Shown in pieces: positions 48,090 through 57,454 of a stretch of DNA of 64,000 nucleotides. Positions within the stretch are counted from its first letter, which is position 1, and each line of letters starts with the position of its first letter. The stretch lies in NCBI GenBank assembly GCA_029258915.1, contig JAPDJU010000003.1, positions 12,801 through 76,800 on the forward strand, written 5' to 3'. The notes below the pieces were generated by a model. It was not told the DNA's origin and did not search any database. It saw only the letters and a list, made by a program, of their open reading frames with translations. The DNA is from Thermoproteota archaeon (GTDB taxonomy: Archaea; Thermoproteota; Thermoprotei_A; EX4484-217-1). The translations under genes were made by a program, and so were the position numbers.

Positions 48090-48776
48090 TTGGGTGGTTT
48101 ATTGGTAAGTTTAAATGAATTACTTGAGCGCCCTAGACTCCAAGTGGCTTTAGACCTTACATCACTAGGTGAAGCGCTAAAAATCGCTGAAATAGCTTGG
48201 AGAAATGGTGCTGAAATATTAGAGGCAGGAACCCCGTTAATAAAATCTATAGGTTTGAGAGCTGTTAAGGCTCTTAGAGAGAAGTTTCCTGACGCGATAA
48301 TAGTTGCTGACATGAAAACTATGGATACAGGTTATTTAGAAGCAAAATTAGCTTATGAAGCAGGAGCAGACATTGTAACCGTACTTGCGGTTGCTGATAA
48401 CGCTACAATATCTGAGGCTCTAACTTGTGGTAAAGAATATAACCTACTTGTAGCTGTAGATTTAATCTCACATCCAGACCCTTTGAAGAGGGCTTCAGAA
48501 ATTGAGAAAATGGGCGTAGACATTTTAATAGCTCATTTAGGCATAGATGTGCAAAGGAAGCTGGGAATAACTGTTGCCGATATAGGTACCGTTGTATGTA
48601 AAGTTAAAGAAGTATTTAGCAGAGTTTTAGCAGTAGCGGGAGGTATAAAACCAGGAAAAGTTAAGCAGCTGGTAAAAGCAGGAGCTAACATCATAATTGT
48701 GGGTTCAGCTATAACTAAGTCTAAGGAACCACATAACGTTGTAAAAAAGATAATTCAAGAGCTAAAAGTTTACTAG
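48090..48776 (+). CDS. 3-hexulose-6-phosphate synthase-like (OMP decarboxylase/HUMPS family)
   Basis: LQVALDL..., EAGTPLIK, VADMKTMD and VAGGI are typical of HPS. TTG start. Confidence 0.7.
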   Translation: MGGLLVSLNELLERPRLQVALDLTSLGEALKIAEIAWRNGAEILEAGTPLIKSIGLRAVKALREKFPDAIIVADMKTMDTGYLEAKLAYEAGADIVTVLAVADNATISEALTCGKEYNLLVAVDLISHPDPLKRASEIEKMGVDILIAHLGIDVQRKLGITVADIGTVVCKVKEVFSRVLAVAGGIKPGKVKQLVKAGANIIIVGSAITKSKEPHNVVKKIIQELKVY

Positions 48777-49119
48777 CTTAAACGTATATGAGGATTTAAA
48801 CAAAATAAGGAAAAGCCAGTTAAGTTTAAATATTCACTTAATTGTTTAAAAACACTATTTTGGAGAGCCGTGGTTTAAACTGAGTTATGATGAAAAGTTT
48901 AGCCGAAAGGACATCATGAATTTTAAAAGAACGTGTATAAGTATCACCATTGTTCACAAGGTCTCCTAAAATAATACCTATGTAGTTACTCTGAAATATC
49001 CAAGCGTAGTATCTTGGAAAATAAGGTTAAGTCGAAACTAAGCAATCTAGTTTTTAAACAAACCCTAGGCCAAATAATCCCTTTAGACAAAGTATCTACC
49101 AGTCTAGCGGTGGTTAGCC

Positions 49120-49527
49120 ATGGATCTATGGCTGCTATTAAGGGTAGCAGTATATATTATGGGAGGTATTCTGCCATTCCTGTACAACTATTACTATGTT
49201 AAAAAGAAGGTTAAGAAAGGTAGACAAGCTAAAAACAGTAGTGAAGAGAACTTAGTGGTTAACAATTTCTACTATTCTTCAGACGCTAAAGACGTAAGTG
49301 CAGGTGATAAGAACGTTATTAAGGAATCTATAGAGCCAATAACCATAGTTTCCTCAACTTCTATTGCATCACCTCATGCTTACGATGATAGAAGCGGAAG
49401 CACACCCTTATATGTAGTATTGCTTGTAGACCATAATGTCATGAAAAACCCTGAAGCCTTATCTAAAATTGTCTTAAATGTACCTAAAATAGTGGATAGT
49501 ATAGAATCCAGGGCTCATAGAGAGTAA
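49120..49527 (+). CDS. Hypothetical protein with one N-terminal TM
   Basis: 135-aa ORF only, with no motif. It overlaps another 62-aa ORF in a different frame. Confidence 0.3.
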   Translation: MDLWLLLRVAVYIMGGILPFLYNYYYVKKKVKKGRQAKNSSEENLVVNNFYYSSDAKDVSAGDKNVIKESIEPITIVSSTSIASPHAYDDRSGSTPLYVVLLVDHNVMKNPEALSKIVLNVPKIVDSIESRAHRE

Positions 49528-49588
49528 GAACCCTACCTCTTAAGTATCTGTTCTTCATTTAAAGTTAAACTTTAGGTGTAGGTTTTAA

Positions 49589-50818
49589 ATGAAGTCATTT
49601 AAGAAATTTATAGGAATCTTAGGCCCAGGGCTAATCTCTGCGGTTTCTGGTTTAGAAATAACGAACATAGGTATATTCACCTACGTAGGTTCACTTTACG
49701 GATTTAAAATATTATGGGTTATTGTACTGGCTTCAGTCATTATTGCACTGCTTCAGCAGTTAGCTGTTGAAGTAGGTGTAGTTATGCGTGAAGGCGTTAT
49801 AGTTAAATCGAAGAAACTTTTCGGGAAAATCTTAACCCTTACCGTTCTTTCCTCACTTTATATAGCTAACGTAGTTACTATAGCAATAAACATCATTGGG
49901 GCCTCATTTACTATAAATGCTATAGCAGGAATACCATGGTTTCTAACATTAATATCTTTTCCTTTACTTATATTTGCACTAGCTTTACGAAAAGAGTACT
50001 GCTACCTTGAAAGAATACTAACTACTCTTAGTTTTGTCCTTTCAGCATACATAGTTCTAATGGTGCTTCACTTCATACAGAACCCTTTCTCCTTAAAAGA
50101 CTTAGTTGCAGGCTTAATAATACCTTTAGAAGTAAGTAAAAGCAGCTACTTTGTAGATGTTTTAGCTATTTTTGGAGCAGCTGCTGCTCCTTACGCTTTA
50201 ATATTTCAAACGTCAAGTATAATTATGAAAGGTTTAAAAATACATGAAATCCCTAGGGAATTTTTAGATATTTCAGTAGGTCTATTATTTACCTCATTAG
50301 CTAGCATTTCTATAGCAATTGTAGCTGCTGCTTATGCTCCACAGTACATATCAACTATACATGATATGATATTAGCATTAAAACCTTTAGGCTTTATTGC
50401 ACCTACACTTTTCTGCATAGGTATTCTAGCTTCTTCAACTTTAGCTATTGAAGCAATAATACTTTGCAACGCATATATGTTTTACGAATACTCCGCAGAA
50501 ACAATGAATCTAAAGGACATTGTTGCCAGTAAGCTTTACTATAAAACAGCGATTGTGACAATAACTACGTCAGTTATTTTAGCTTTTATACATGTTATCT
50601 TAAGGTTAAAATATGGAGGAACCTTTACTGATTTAATTAAGGACTCGTCGATAATTATTAGCCTTACATCGTGGATTCCAGCATTGTTTGTTGTTCTCCT
50701 ATACTGGGAAGTTAAACCGTTAGCCTCATCATTCATAAAAATCGTTTCAGCATTAATTGTAGGTTCACTTATTGTAGTAAATGTTGTAGGAATTCTAGGC
50801 GCTTTAGGTTTAGGTTAA
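49589..50818 (+). CDS. NRAMP-like divalent metal cation transporter (divergent)
   Basis: 409 aa with ~11 TM. The N-terminal GPGLISAVSGLEITNIGIFTYVGSLYGFKILW parallels the NRAMP GPG...DPGN...G..FGY.LLW block, but the DPGN motif is not conserved. Confidence 0.45.
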   Translation: MKSFKKFIGILGPGLISAVSGLEITNIGIFTYVGSLYGFKILWVIVLASVIIALLQQLAVEVGVVMREGVIVKSKKLFGKILTLTVLSSLYIANVVTIAINIIGASFTINAIAGIPWFLTLISFPLLIFALALRKEYCYLERILTTLSFVLSAYIVLMVLHFIQNPFSLKDLVAGLIIPLEVSKSSYFVDVLAIFGAAAAPYALIFQTSSIIMKGLKIHEIPREFLDISVGLLFTSLASISIAIVAAAYAPQYISTIHDMILALKPLGFIAPTLFCIGILASSTLAIEAIILCNAYMFYEYSAETMNLKDIVASKLYYKTAIVTITTSVILAFIHVILRLKYGGTFTDLIKDSSIIISLTSWIPALFVVLLYWEVKPLASSFIKIVSALIVGSLIVVNVVGILGALGLG

Positions 50819-50840
50819 AATATGAAAAATAAGCCAAGCG

Positions 50841-52199
50841 TTATCTTAGAAACTGTTTTTCAAAATCTCTAGCATACTTTGATGACTCTTTAACATCAAC
50901 GAATAATTCTCTAACATATTCTATGTCCTCAACATCTACGTAGTCTCTCTTTAAGACTCTAGCTCTCTCCCATGCGGGTTCCATAAGTTGAACAGCATAT
51001 CTTAAAGAGGTTTCAGCACCTATTTCTGTTAGTTTCTCTAAAGCCTTGTCTGTCAGTTTAATCTTTGTTGCTTTACTTCTTATTTTCAATATTTCCCTTA
51101 TCTCATCTCTAGTATAGGGTTTAGTACGGATTATCAGTAATCTGTCGAGTAGGTCTAAAGGCATTCCATGGGGTGATTCTATGTCTGTTCCCCTAATCCT
51201 TGTTATTCCTCTATTAGTAGCTAAGATTATTATTGGCGCTAATTCACTTTCCATAGCTCTGCCAAGGAAAGCAAAACATTCAATGTCTAGCATGTGAGCA
51301 TCATCTATAAATAAAACTCCGGGAATAATTTCGGCTCTTCCTTCATCTACAAGTTTCTTTACTTCTTCGTCAACTTCTCTTCTCACGTCAGAGGATATTT
51401 CCCTTTCAGTAGGCATACCGAAAAATATTGAAATTATCCCTCTCCTACTTGCCATGCCAACATCTAGGTCATGTAAGGTTACTGTGTGTATGAATTCTTT
51501 TTCTTTAAGTATAGGTCCTTTAGGCATTTCAACTAAAACTTCTGTTTCTAAATCATAGTATTTTGCTTTTTCAAAACCCCTTACTTTACCTATTTTAGTT
51601 ACCCTACCGGTTTCACTATCAATCCATATAACATCGCCTATTCCTACACCCTTATTTAGAAGCTCCAATGTTATGTCCCTATCTACAGTGAATGTTTTTT
51701 CTTCATCCCTTGTAGCTAATGTTATTTTTGCACTACTTGGAACCTTATAATACGGATTATATGGGTGTCTTTTGAAAGCTACTTTCATGTTCTTAACTAC
51801 TCCTTCGTAAACTTTTCTTATTTCTCTAATTCTAACACCAATAGCTTTCCTCATTGCCTGCATTAGAACTTCTGTTTTCTTCATTTCTGCAGAATAAACT
51901 TCTGAAGCAGATAAGCTTACGAAAGGAGTGTCTTCTCCAAGTTCCTTAGCTATAGCTATGGCGATGGCTGTTTTACCAGTACCTGGAGGACCTACAAGTA
52001 GTATTCCTCTACCAGCCATTCTACCTTCCTTAATCATTTCAACAATAAGACCAGCAGCTTCTCTCGCTTCTATCTGGCCAACCATACCATCTGCTGAAGT
52101 TAATGCTTTACCTTCACTTGTTAGACCTAATCCTTTAATATGGCTATGTGCACCTATTCTTTCAAACCCCCTACCAGACTCCATAATCGTAGGGGGCAT
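50841..52199 (-). CDS. RuvB-like AAA+ ATPase TIP49
   Basis: RIGAHSHIKGLGL, Walker A GPPGTGKTA, Walker B LFIDDAHML and an inserted OB-like domain. Confidence 0.9.
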   Translation of the reverse strand: MPPTIMESGRGFERIGAHSHIKGLGLTSEGKALTSADGMVGQIEAREAAGLIVEMIKEGRMAGRGILLVGPPGTGKTAIAIAIAKELGEDTPFVSLSASEVYSAEMKKTEVLMQAMRKAIGVRIREIRKVYEGVVKNMKVAFKRHPYNPYYKVPSSAKITLATRDEEKTFTVDRDITLELLNKGVGIGDVIWIDSETGRVTKIGKVRGFEKAKYYDLETEVLVEMPKGPILKEKEFIHTVTLHDLDVGMASRRGIISIFFGMPTEREISSDVRREVDEEVKKLVDEGRAEIIPGVLFIDDAHMLDIECFAFLGRAMESELAPIIILATNRGITRIRGTDIESPHGMPLDLLDRLLIIRTKPYTRDEIREILKIRSKATKIKLTDKALEKLTEIGAETSLRYAVQLMEPAWERARVLKRDYVDVEDIEYVRELFVDVKESSKYARDFEKQFLR

Positions 52200-52332
52200 T
52201 TAGGCACACCTCTAAAGTGTAATCCCTGTTCTGTATAGTCTTATAGTATTATTTTAAGTCTTAAAGCTTACTTAAGTAGTTCCAAGTAGATAATGGGAAA
52301 AGTTTAAAGTTAAATGTTTAAAGCTTAGAGAT

Positions 52333-52408
52333 AGGGATGATGTACCCCCTGAACCCTGACACCCTTAGGGGTTGGGGGTTTTGATGAACCTTCAGCGGAT
52401 CTGACCTC
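52333..52408 (+). ncRNA. Candidate C/D box sRNA with an enlarged internal loop
   Basis: A GC-rich patch in the intergenic region. AUGAUGU (C, 52337-43), a 12-nt spacer, CUGA (D', 52356-59), ~22 nt with the hairpin ACCC-UUAG-GGGU, UGAUGA (C', 52382-87), a 13-nt spacer, then CUGA (D, 52401-04). Flanking GGG/CC(U)C can pair. Confidence 0.4.
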
Positions 52409-52442
52409 GCACTTACACTCTAGCATATACGGTGTTGGTACT

Positions 52443-53450
52443 ATGGCATCATATACTATTGAAGCTAGTGATTTTAGAGAAGCTTTAATACACCTAATTA
52501 GACAGTTTGAGTATGAGCTAAGTTCTTTGGAGAAAAAGGATTATAACGTAAACATTATTAAAACATTGAGCAATATATTGAACGAAATTAGGACAAGTTT
52601 AAACGAGCTATCATATGTTGGAGGCCCCATAGTAAACGATGCTCTTGAAAAACTTTTTAACAAAATATTAGAGACACATGACAAGCTTAGCCTACTGAAT
52701 GAGGAGCCTACGGCTAAAGAATTTGAGAAGTTCTTAAGCTCACTTAAAGAGATGTTTAAGGATTTTAAGGAAACAATAGTTAAGCAGAAGATAACCATTA
52801 TGAAGAGGCGCCGAATGCTTTTATCGCTCCTAGCCTTCATAGCTTTAATATTTACTGTGAATTACCATTTATTTTACGTGCTTATCATAGGTGCAGATAC
52901 AGGTAAAATACTTTTCATTATAGAAAACGTTATTCCCATACTCTCCCTTATAGCATTAGCTGTTCTCATATCTGAAGCATTTATAGTAGTTAAATATGCA
53001 AAGTATATGGCATTTTTATCGTTAGCCTTAACTATCCTATGTTCTTATATAGCATATTTATTATTAACAACAGTTTTATCCGTAAATCCGCTTAGTGCAA
53101 CTATTTTAAAAATAACTTCAATACTTATGCTAAGTTTATGTATATTATTCATGCTTATGACATTTAGCTACACATCTTTAATAACGTTACCTAGAGTTAA
53201 AATAAGAGTAAAGATAAGTAAAGCGGTAAGACCTGTTAAAGTTGTTACTAAGGAGGTACCTATGGAAACTAAAAACATGTATAACATGTTAATTGAGAGG
53301 TTTAAGGAACTATTTGGAGAACTAGGTGAGGAAATGTTAAAATATGAAATAGACCAGTACATGTTCAGCGGATTAACATTTAAAGAATCAGTTAGCAAGA
53401 TAGCTGAAAGGCTGGGCATCAAATCTAAATCTGAACAGCAGCAAAAATAG
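52443..53450 (+). CDS. Hypothetical membrane protein (helical N- and C-terminal domains, ~6 TM core)
   Basis: 335-aa ORF with no recognised motif. Confidence 0.45.
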   Translation: MASYTIEASDFREALIHLIRQFEYELSSLEKKDYNVNIIKTLSNILNEIRTSLNELSYVGGPIVNDALEKLFNKILETHDKLSLLNEEPTAKEFEKFLSSLKEMFKDFKETIVKQKITIMKRRRMLLSLLAFIALIFTVNYHLFYVLIIGADTGKILFIIENVIPILSLIALAVLISEAFIVVKYAKYMAFLSLALTILCSYIAYLLLTTVLSVNPLSATILKITSILMLSLCILFMLMTFSYTSLITLPRVKIRVKISKAVRPVKVVTKEVPMETKNMYNMLIERFKELFGELGEEMLKYEIDQYMFSGLTFKESVSKIAERLGIKSKSEQQQK

Positions 53451-53458
53451 TAGTAGGC

Positions 53459-53941
53459 GTGTTTAAAATGGCTGCTCCAGGTAAATCTAAGGAGCTCAAA
53501 ATAATTACAAGACCTGCAATTACAGTAGCGGACATTACAAACGATTTAAGAAAAATATCGTTACTACAAATAATCAAATCATTCGGCGAAATAACTGAAA
53601 AAGCACTAATGTACTTAGCTAAGGGAATTCAAGATAAAGACGTTAATTTAGGCTATCACTTCTTCGAAGTAGCTGGCTCTCTTACATCTAAAGAGCTTAA
53701 GGAGGATATAATAGCACTACTTTACTTAGGACTTATTGAAACAAATCCGAGAAATAAGAAGTTAAGAATAACTTCTGAAGGTCTAGAGTTTTTAGAGAGA
53801 AATGTTGACAGATTAGGTGAGAATAAAGAGAAAATAGCAGGGCTTGTAGAAGAACTTAGACCAAAAATAATACCTATAGATGCTGAACAGGAGTTAAGCT
53901 TTAAACTTTTAAGAGTTTCGAGGAGAAGACGTAGAAGATAA
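53459..53941 (+). CDS. Hypothetical protein (possible winged helix; poly-Arg tail)
   Basis: 160-aa ORF, 8 nt after the preceding gene. It ends in RVSRRRRRR. Confidence 0.4.
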   Translation: MFKMAAPGKSKELKIITRPAITVADITNDLRKISLLQIIKSFGEITEKALMYLAKGIQDKDVNLGYHFFEVAGSLTSKELKEDIIALLYLGLIETNPRNKKLRITSEGLEFLERNVDRLGENKEKIAGLVEELRPKIIPIDAEQELSFKLLRVSRRRRRR

Positions 53942-53953
53942 AGTATTTTTCTA

Positions 53954-54871
53954 TTAAAACACTACTACATGTTTTATTACATACTGCATGTTCTTAAGCT
54001 CGTTCGTGTTAATAACAACTATAGAAGCGTATCTATTAAAATATGGATAACCTTTCCTCGAGAAAACAGTTAACACTAGTCCATTATGGTTTAATTTGAA
54101 TCCATCGCAAGGCTCATGGCTTCTTATTATTCCTACGAAGTTATTTTGTTTAATGAATTTCTTCGTAACATTTATACCGAAAAGCTTACCCGCCCCCCTA
54201 AGTGAGGGCATCCACTCGTCTATGAAATCACTTGGGTCATTCCATAAAAGCTCTTCTAATAATTTAGGTTTTTCAGAAGCTAAAGCCAGCTCTTTGAGGC
54301 TAGGTGTATTTACTGGTATACCTCCGTGAACAAGGAAAAGCTTCGATTCAACGTATGCTGCAAGAGGTAAAAGCTGGAATATGTTGAAAAATTGCTCATA
54401 TATTTTCTTCCATGAATCCTTAAACCTCATTTTCAAGAAAAACGGAAAGTCATGAGGATACGGTATAAGGTTTTCCGGGGGCTCATGGTTTCCGCGGAGC
54501 ATTACTATTTTTTCAGGTTCCTCAAGCTTAAGCATTATAATAGACATTATTGTTTCAAAAGATTCTACCCCTCTATCTATATAGTCTCCTAAAAATACGG
54601 TGACTGCTTCTTCGCTTCCATACAGTTTTTCATCTAATTTACCTATAATTTCTCTTAAACTACCAAGATCTCCATGTATATCGCCTACAACCGCTAACTT
54701 TGTAGCTTTAATTTTAACTAGTCCTTTAAATCTTTCATAGAGTCCGTGATCTTTACCTTTAATTTCTTTTAGTAAAAAGTCTTCGAAACTTTTGAGAATT
54801 TCAAGAACATCTTTAGGAGAAATACTTTGTAAAACATGTAGTTTCTTTTTAAAATTACCTAGCCAGCTCAT
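53954..54871 (-). CDS. PPP-family serine/threonine protein phosphatase
   Basis: The GDIHGD, GDYIDRG, GNHE and HGG motifs occur in canonical order. Confidence 0.8.
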   Translation of the reverse strand: MSWLGNFKKKLHVLQSISPKDVLEILKSFEDFLLKEIKGKDHGLYERFKGLVKIKATKLAVVGDIHGDLGSLREIIGKLDEKLYGSEEAVTVFLGDYIDRGVESFETIMSIIMLKLEEPEKIVMLRGNHEPPENLIPYPHDFPFFLKMRFKDSWKKIYEQFFNIFQLLPLAAYVESKLFLVHGGIPVNTPSLKELALASEKPKLLEELLWNDPSDFIDEWMPSLRGAGKLFGINVTKKFIKQNNFVGIIRSHEPCDGFKLNHNGLVLTVFSRKGYPYFNRYASIVVINTNELKNMQYVIKHVVVF

Positions 54872-54900
54872 TACTACACCGGATGCTGCGGGATTTGAAG

Positions 54901-55317
54901 TTACATTGTAGTATGTAATGTTGGTTTCTTCTCTAAGCCTCTTCTCTCTTTAGGCCATAATAGTGGATTTAATCTGTCTTCCTTAGCTAGTTTTAATATT
55001 AATTCTCTAAACTGGCTTGTATGTTTAATATCAAGCTCCAGCAGTTTTAACATTATATCAAATATGTTGTTCCAAACTTCTTCAAGCATTTCCCTAGGCA
55101 TATGTTCTATAATGAAAGGGTCTTGCAACCATTGGTCAAACGCTTTAATAGTTCTCATCATGTGCTGAAATGCTGTTCTAGTAGCTATGATTAGTGTTAA
55201 CCTATCTCCTTTCTTTATATTATCATTTAGTTTTTTCACGGTTTCAAGTAGTGTTTTCTGTAGCTTAACCCACTCTGCCAGATGAGATACAAATGATTCT
55301 TCAGCTCTTCTAAACAT
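54901..55317 (-). CDS. Hypothetical helical protein
   Basis: 138-aa ORF with no recognised motif. Confidence 0.4.
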   Translation of the reverse strand: MFRRAEESFVSHLAEWVKLQKTLLETVKKLNDNIKKGDRLTLIIATRTAFQHMMRTIKAFDQWLQDPFIIEHMPREMLEEVWNNIFDIMLKLLELDIKHTSQFRELILKLAKEDRLNPLLWPKERRGLEKKPTLHTTM

Positions 55318-55365
55318 GTGAAACCTACCACCTTACCTTAAGCTATTGCAGAGATAGTTTAAAAT

Positions 55366-55758
55366 TTATAATGAAACTTTTAGGTTATAGGGTTTACCGC
55401 TTAAAACCATTTTGTCCGGTAATTGGTCTTTATATTTTTCTAGAAAACTTATGTCTGACTTTTTATCTCTTAATTCATCAGGTAGCATTTGAGGTATTTC
55501 ATCTATTATAGGATACCATCTTCCACAGTTGCTACAATATAATGCCCCGGTTTTGACTTCTTTTTTGAAGCATTCTTCGCAAGGTGTTTCTTTAAGATCC
55601 TTAATTTTCTTTCCTAAATATCCACAGTATAGTTCACATAAAGGTTTTTCTTCTTCCAAAACTCTATCCTTATATATGCTCTCCTCGATTACGTAATGTT
55701 CTAATGGGAAGTTTTTACATATGGGACATGCTAAAATGTCAAGTAGTCTATATTTCAT
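55366..55758 (-). CDS. Trm112-like zinc-ribbon protein
   Basis: LLDILACPICK at the N-terminus and LYCSNCGRWYPIIDEIPQML at the C-terminus, with an inserted helical segment. Confidence 0.6.
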   Translation of the reverse strand: MKYRLLDILACPICKNFPLEHYVIEESIYKDRVLEEEKPLCELYCGYLGKKIKDLKETPCEECFKKEVKTGALYCSNCGRWYPIIDEIPQMLPDELRDKKSDISFLEKYKDQLPDKMVLSGKPYNLKVSL

Positions 55759-57128
55759 TTTAGTTTTAACACCTCTTCTGCTAAGTTTTTAACTATACCA
55801 ACTATTTCTTTAAGCTTATTTTCATCTTTGGCTTCCGCCATTATTCTAAGTATCGGTTCTGTTCCTGAAGGTCTCACTAAAACCCAGGAGTCTTTCATTA
55901 ACACTTTTACTCCGTCTATAGTTATTAATCTGTAATTTCTGAAGTATTCAGCTACTTTTTCAACAACTTTTAATGCTGCTGTTCTGGTCATGGGTATTTT
56001 GGTTTTTAACACATAGTAGTGTGGTAGTTCGTCGAAAAGTTCGGAGAGTTTCTTATTTTCGTCGGCCATTACTTGAAGCATTAAAGCTAAAGTCATTGAG
56101 CCGTCTCTTACTGGAATATGTGGAGGATACATGAAGCCTCCGTTTTCTTCGAACCCGCATAGAGCATTTGATTCTTTAAGAATTATTCTTGAAATACCAA
56201 CACTTCCAACTTTTGTCCATACCACTTCTAGACCGTATGGTTTTAAGACTTCCTCTATTATTGTGGAGGATGACACTGCTGTGACAACTTTACCTCTATG
56301 GCCTTTTTTAGCCAAATACTTGCAAAGTATTGCTGCACTTCTATCTCCCCAGTGAATTCTACCTTTTTCATCTATGAAAATCGCTCTATCAGCATCACCG
56401 TCATGTCCAACTGCTAAGTCTGCATGTAACGCTTTAGCTACCTCAGCTGTTTCCTTTAACGTTTCCGTAGTCGGTTCGGGTTCTCTACCTGGGAAATCAC
56501 CGTCGAGATTACCGTTTAAAGTATATACTTTACATCCAAGTTTTTTAGCTACCAAAGGGCTTGTAAGAACACCTACACTGTTAGCTGGATCTATTAGAAC
56601 TCTAAACTTCTTACTTTTAATCTTCTCTACATCAACATGTTGAAGTATTGACTTAACATATGCATCTATTATTCCGTGGAATTTCGGTATTTCCTCGGCC
56701 AGGCTAAGATAGGGGGCTCTAAACCATTTCTCAGAGAAAATTATTTCCTCTATTTTGGCCTCATCCTCTCTACTTATTTCAACACCATCGGCAGCAATAA
56801 CCTTTATGCCATTGTATTTAGGTGGGTTATGGCTTGCGGTAATTATTATTCCTCCATCGAAGCCAAAGTGTTTAACAGCAAATTGTAAGGTAGGTGTTGG
56901 AAGTAATCCTGCATCACAAACTTTTACTCCCGCACTTAAAAGGCCGGCAACAACGGCTTTTTGAAGCATTTTACCTCCTCTTCTAACATCCCTTCCAATA
57001 AGAATCCTAGAATCTTCTCCGAAGAATGTTCCAGCCGCTAAACCTATTTTCATAGCTAGCTCAGGGGTTAGGTCGATGTTAATTACTCCTCTAACACCAT
57101 CTGTTCCGAAAAGCCTACCCATGAACAA
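55755..57128 (-). CDS. Phosphohexomutase (phosphoglucosamine/phosphomannomutase family)
   Basis: The active-site loop ITASHNPPKYNGIK and metal loop GHDGDADR are present, in a four-domain layout. Confidence 0.85.
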   Translation of the reverse strand: MFMGRLFGTDGVRGVINIDLTPELAMKIGLAAGTFFGEDSRILIGRDVRRGGKMLQKAVVAGLLSAGVKVCDAGLLPTPTLQFAVKHFGFDGGIIITASHNPPKYNGIKVIAADGVEISREDEAKIEEIIFSEKWFRAPYLSLAEEIPKFHGIIDAYVKSILQHVDVEKIKSKKFRVLIDPANSVGVLTSPLVAKKLGCKVYTLNGNLDGDFPGREPEPTTETLKETAEVAKALHADLAVGHDGDADRAIFIDEKGRIHWGDRSAAILCKYLAKKGHRGKVVTAVSSSTIIEEVLKPYGLEVVWTKVGSVGISRIILKESNALCGFEENGGFMYPPHIPVRDGSMTLALMLQVMADENKKLSELFDELPHYYVLKTKIPMTRTAALKVVEKVAEYFRNYRLITIDGVKVLMKDSWVLVRPSGTEPILRIMAEAKDENKLKEIVGIVKNLAEEVLKLK

Positions 57129-57454
57129 GCCCCAAACTATTTAGAGCGTTTACTAAATAAAGTAGTTTCGTACATTTAAACTAGATAGCGCTAAATAACT
57201 TAAACATCTTAACTAAGTTTATGGTAGGCGTTGTTGATGCTGGAGGTTATGGAGCTCCTGTTGATGGGGGAGTTTATGTGTTTAATGCTTTCAATAATAG
57301 CTTCAATAGTGAAGAAGGAGCTCATGAAAATAACTAAAATACTTGCATACGTAGCGTTTGCAACATTGGTACTATATGTACTGTTAAAAATATTAATAAC
57401 CATATTTAGGATTTAAATTACGTTAGACTATAAGGGTATTCCAAGGTATAGGCA

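Noticed and set aside
48880-48925. AUGAUGA C-box-like sequence (plus strand), with an inverted AUGAUGU on the minus strand
   Set aside because: There is no CUGA D box at 12-nt spacing on either strand and no terminal stem. It is not a convincing C/D sRNA.
48838-49014. A 58-codon stop-free minus-strand frame without a start codon (...PRYYAWIFQSNYIGIILGDLVNNGDTYTRSFKIHDVLSAKLFIITQFKPRLSKIVFLNN)
   Set aside because: It looks faintly like a phosphoesterase fragment (GDLVNNG), but it has no start and no second motif and is short. It cannot be told apart from chance without a database search.
49014-49202. 62-aa ORF overlapping the 135-aa ORF in another frame (possible frameshifted gene)
   Set aside because: The two frames show no recognisable continuity of sequence and neither has a family motif. 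The evidence for a frameshift is insufficient.
57209-57416. Mutually antisense 64-aa and 61-aa track ORFs
   Set aside because: Both cannot be real, and their N-terminal parts are implausible (Met/Leu/Cys runs, Ser/Asn/Ile runs). Only the C-terminal 30-aa TM segment of the plus ORF looks protein-like; see the finding at 57221-57416.
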